From contig NC_043000.1 of assembly GCF_006345805.1 (NCBI RefSeq), positions 139,004,001-139,068,000 of the forward strand: 64,000 bases of DNA. Direction: 5' to 3'. The notes under the pieces are model-generated. The model worked only from the letters and a program-made list of their open reading frames with translations. It made no database searches and was not told the origin of the DNA. Numbering within the stretch: the stretch's first letter is position 1; each line of letters starts with the position of its first letter. The position numbers and the translations under genes were made by a program. This document shows, in pieces, positions 62,295-64,000 of this stretch. This DNA comes from Octopus sinensis. Lineage: Eukaryota.

Positions 62295-62542
62295 AATTCT
62301 TGGTAGGGACACCATATTTCGTTTTGCAACCATAATATACTACCAAGTATATTAAAGGTTAATAAATCAATATTGAGTCCTACTTCTGTGTTAGCAGTGG
62401 GGTATAATTATTTTTACGTTTATCTCTACAGATTTTCTATAGAATTTAGAGTCAAAACTGAAAGTTACAACTTAGAAACCTTTAATTTCTTTGGTAGTAT
62501 GTTATTGATGCAAAACGAAATAGGTTGTCCCTACCAGCAATT
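62295..62542. repeat. Imperfect ~65-bp inverted repeats with ~115-bp spacer
   Basis: 62295-62360 vs 62477-62542. Confidence 0.75.
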
Positions 62543-62837
62543 CATATGAAAATAACTGTTGCCAATATGTGTTCAATATGTGAATTGGTCTACCCATTAG
62601 TGTCACAGCAGTTGACTTAGTGGGTATTTAATTTAGTGGAGAGTTAACGGAGTGGGCATGGTGTTGAAGAAGGAGCAATAAGTTTTGAAATAGGCATCTA
62701 CATCTCTTATCGATTTTTTCTGTCTTTGATCACATTGTTTACATAGACATATAAGAAAAATAAATTTCTGTGGTGGCTCTAAAGTCTATATAAAACTTGT
62801 GGGAATAAAATTTTAAAATATATGCATGTTTTTAGTA

Positions 62838-62867
<30 letters not shown>

Positions 62868-62870
<3 letters not shown>

Positions 62871-63213
62871 AACAAAACACCCCCATCCAATGGACGATGC
62901 TGAGTTGTCAAACATTTAAACCAAATTTTCTCAAAACAACTTGTCTGACCGTCCCATAGGCCTCCCCTTTGAGAAACGACACCAGCAAAAGACAGATTTT
63001 AACTGATGTACTTGCACGTACAAATGCACGTTCCCACGGCTTTATCGATCGCATTCTCACCTGGAATCAATTTTTGTAATGTTTTCGAAACTTATATGTG
63101 CCCTTATACTGTCAGCATCTACATATCAAATTTGAGCACAATCGGATGGAGGATGCCCAAGATCCTAGAAGACACACACACACAGACAGACAGAATGGAT
63201 TTTATATAATAGA
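62868..63213 (-). mobile_element. Helitron/HINE-like non-autonomous element
   Basis: 5' TCTATTATATAAAA then (TCTG)/(TG)n as in the other short Helitrons; no clear CTAG end. Confidence 0.5.
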
Positions 63214-64000
63214 TAGTTAAGAAGAATGATGGAAACTGATGTCAAAAGAACTAGTGGATGGGAAGGATCGAGAGATCCATACATAAAGATGATGGAAGAG
63301 AAAAAGGACAAGAGATTTTGTGAGGCAGAATGAAAATGATACAACAAAATGAAGCCTGCAACGTAATCCTTGCTTTACCTGTGAAGATGGGTTAAGACAC
63401 TTATTGTTGGTGTTTGTTGCAAGGAAGAAATAAAAGTGATTGGCTTATTAACATAAACTGTTTTCTTTCCTGTTTTTGGTGTGGAAGGTTGTGGTACAGA
63501 GCCTGTGGGATTTTAAAATCTTTTTTAAATAGATGTAAGTGTGTAGCTAACATATTTATGGATATATAGAAATAGAAGGTATTTGTGGAGAAAATAAGCA
63601 TTTTTATGAAAAAGAAAAATATTTCCCTGATTAAATAAGCTGGATAATTTGTTTTTACAGACATGAAAGTATTTACTTTGTTTATTTATCTATTTATTTA
63701 ATTCTTTGTTGGCTGATTGGTTTATTGACTTCTTGGGGAAAAAACTAAGGAAAAAAAAAATGTTTTTAATATCAGTTTATTGAATATATTTTCACTTTCA
63801 ATAAACACATAAGTATGCACAAACCCACCCATGTAATAGATAGAGAGGTAGATCAATATAGATATGTGTGGGTATATATAGGTATGTTTGTCTATTAGTG
63901 TGTGTGTGTAGACCATGAAAGTGATTTATTGCAAGATTTATGTGCCAGTTGAATGGTCAAGCACTTGGTGAATATTGAAAGTCTAAGGAATAACTTGGTA

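Noticed and set aside
3445-63916. Numerous 60-190 aa ORFs rich in YI, HT, CV or poly-I/Y
   Set aside because: Translations of microsatellites and SINEs; no domain content

Overview
AT-rich, microsatellite-dense eukaryotic DNA, almost entirely transposable-element derived; no host protein-coding gene can be supported. The SINE/LINE repertoire resembles octopod cephalopod genomes (inference from recalled repeat families, not a search). Contents: the 3' 3.1 kb of a GC-rich Helitron (Rep + PIF1 helicase, frameshifted, intact hairpin-CTAG end) and short non-autonomous Helitrons sharing its 3' end; a 5'-truncated RTE LINE with a PHD finger inside its RT; R4/Dong LINE ends in (TAA)n; CR1/L2 fragments; two Penelope-like (PLE) remnants; mariner/Tc1, piggyBac and hAT MITEs; many tRNA-derived SINEs. 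The most notable signal is a set of ORF-less fold-back or tandem elements, several with hammerhead-ribozyme (HHR) motifs. These include a TSD-flanked element with two HHRs carrying a compensated U3-A8 core (53.5-54.3 kb), a related 126-bp perfect palindrome with TSD (50.3 kb), and an 857-bp tandem array with a permuted HHR-like fold inside a SINE (23.5-25.8 kb). Most short ORFs in the track are microsatellite or SINE artefacts. Coordinates were read by eye and may be off by a few bases, more for decayed elements.
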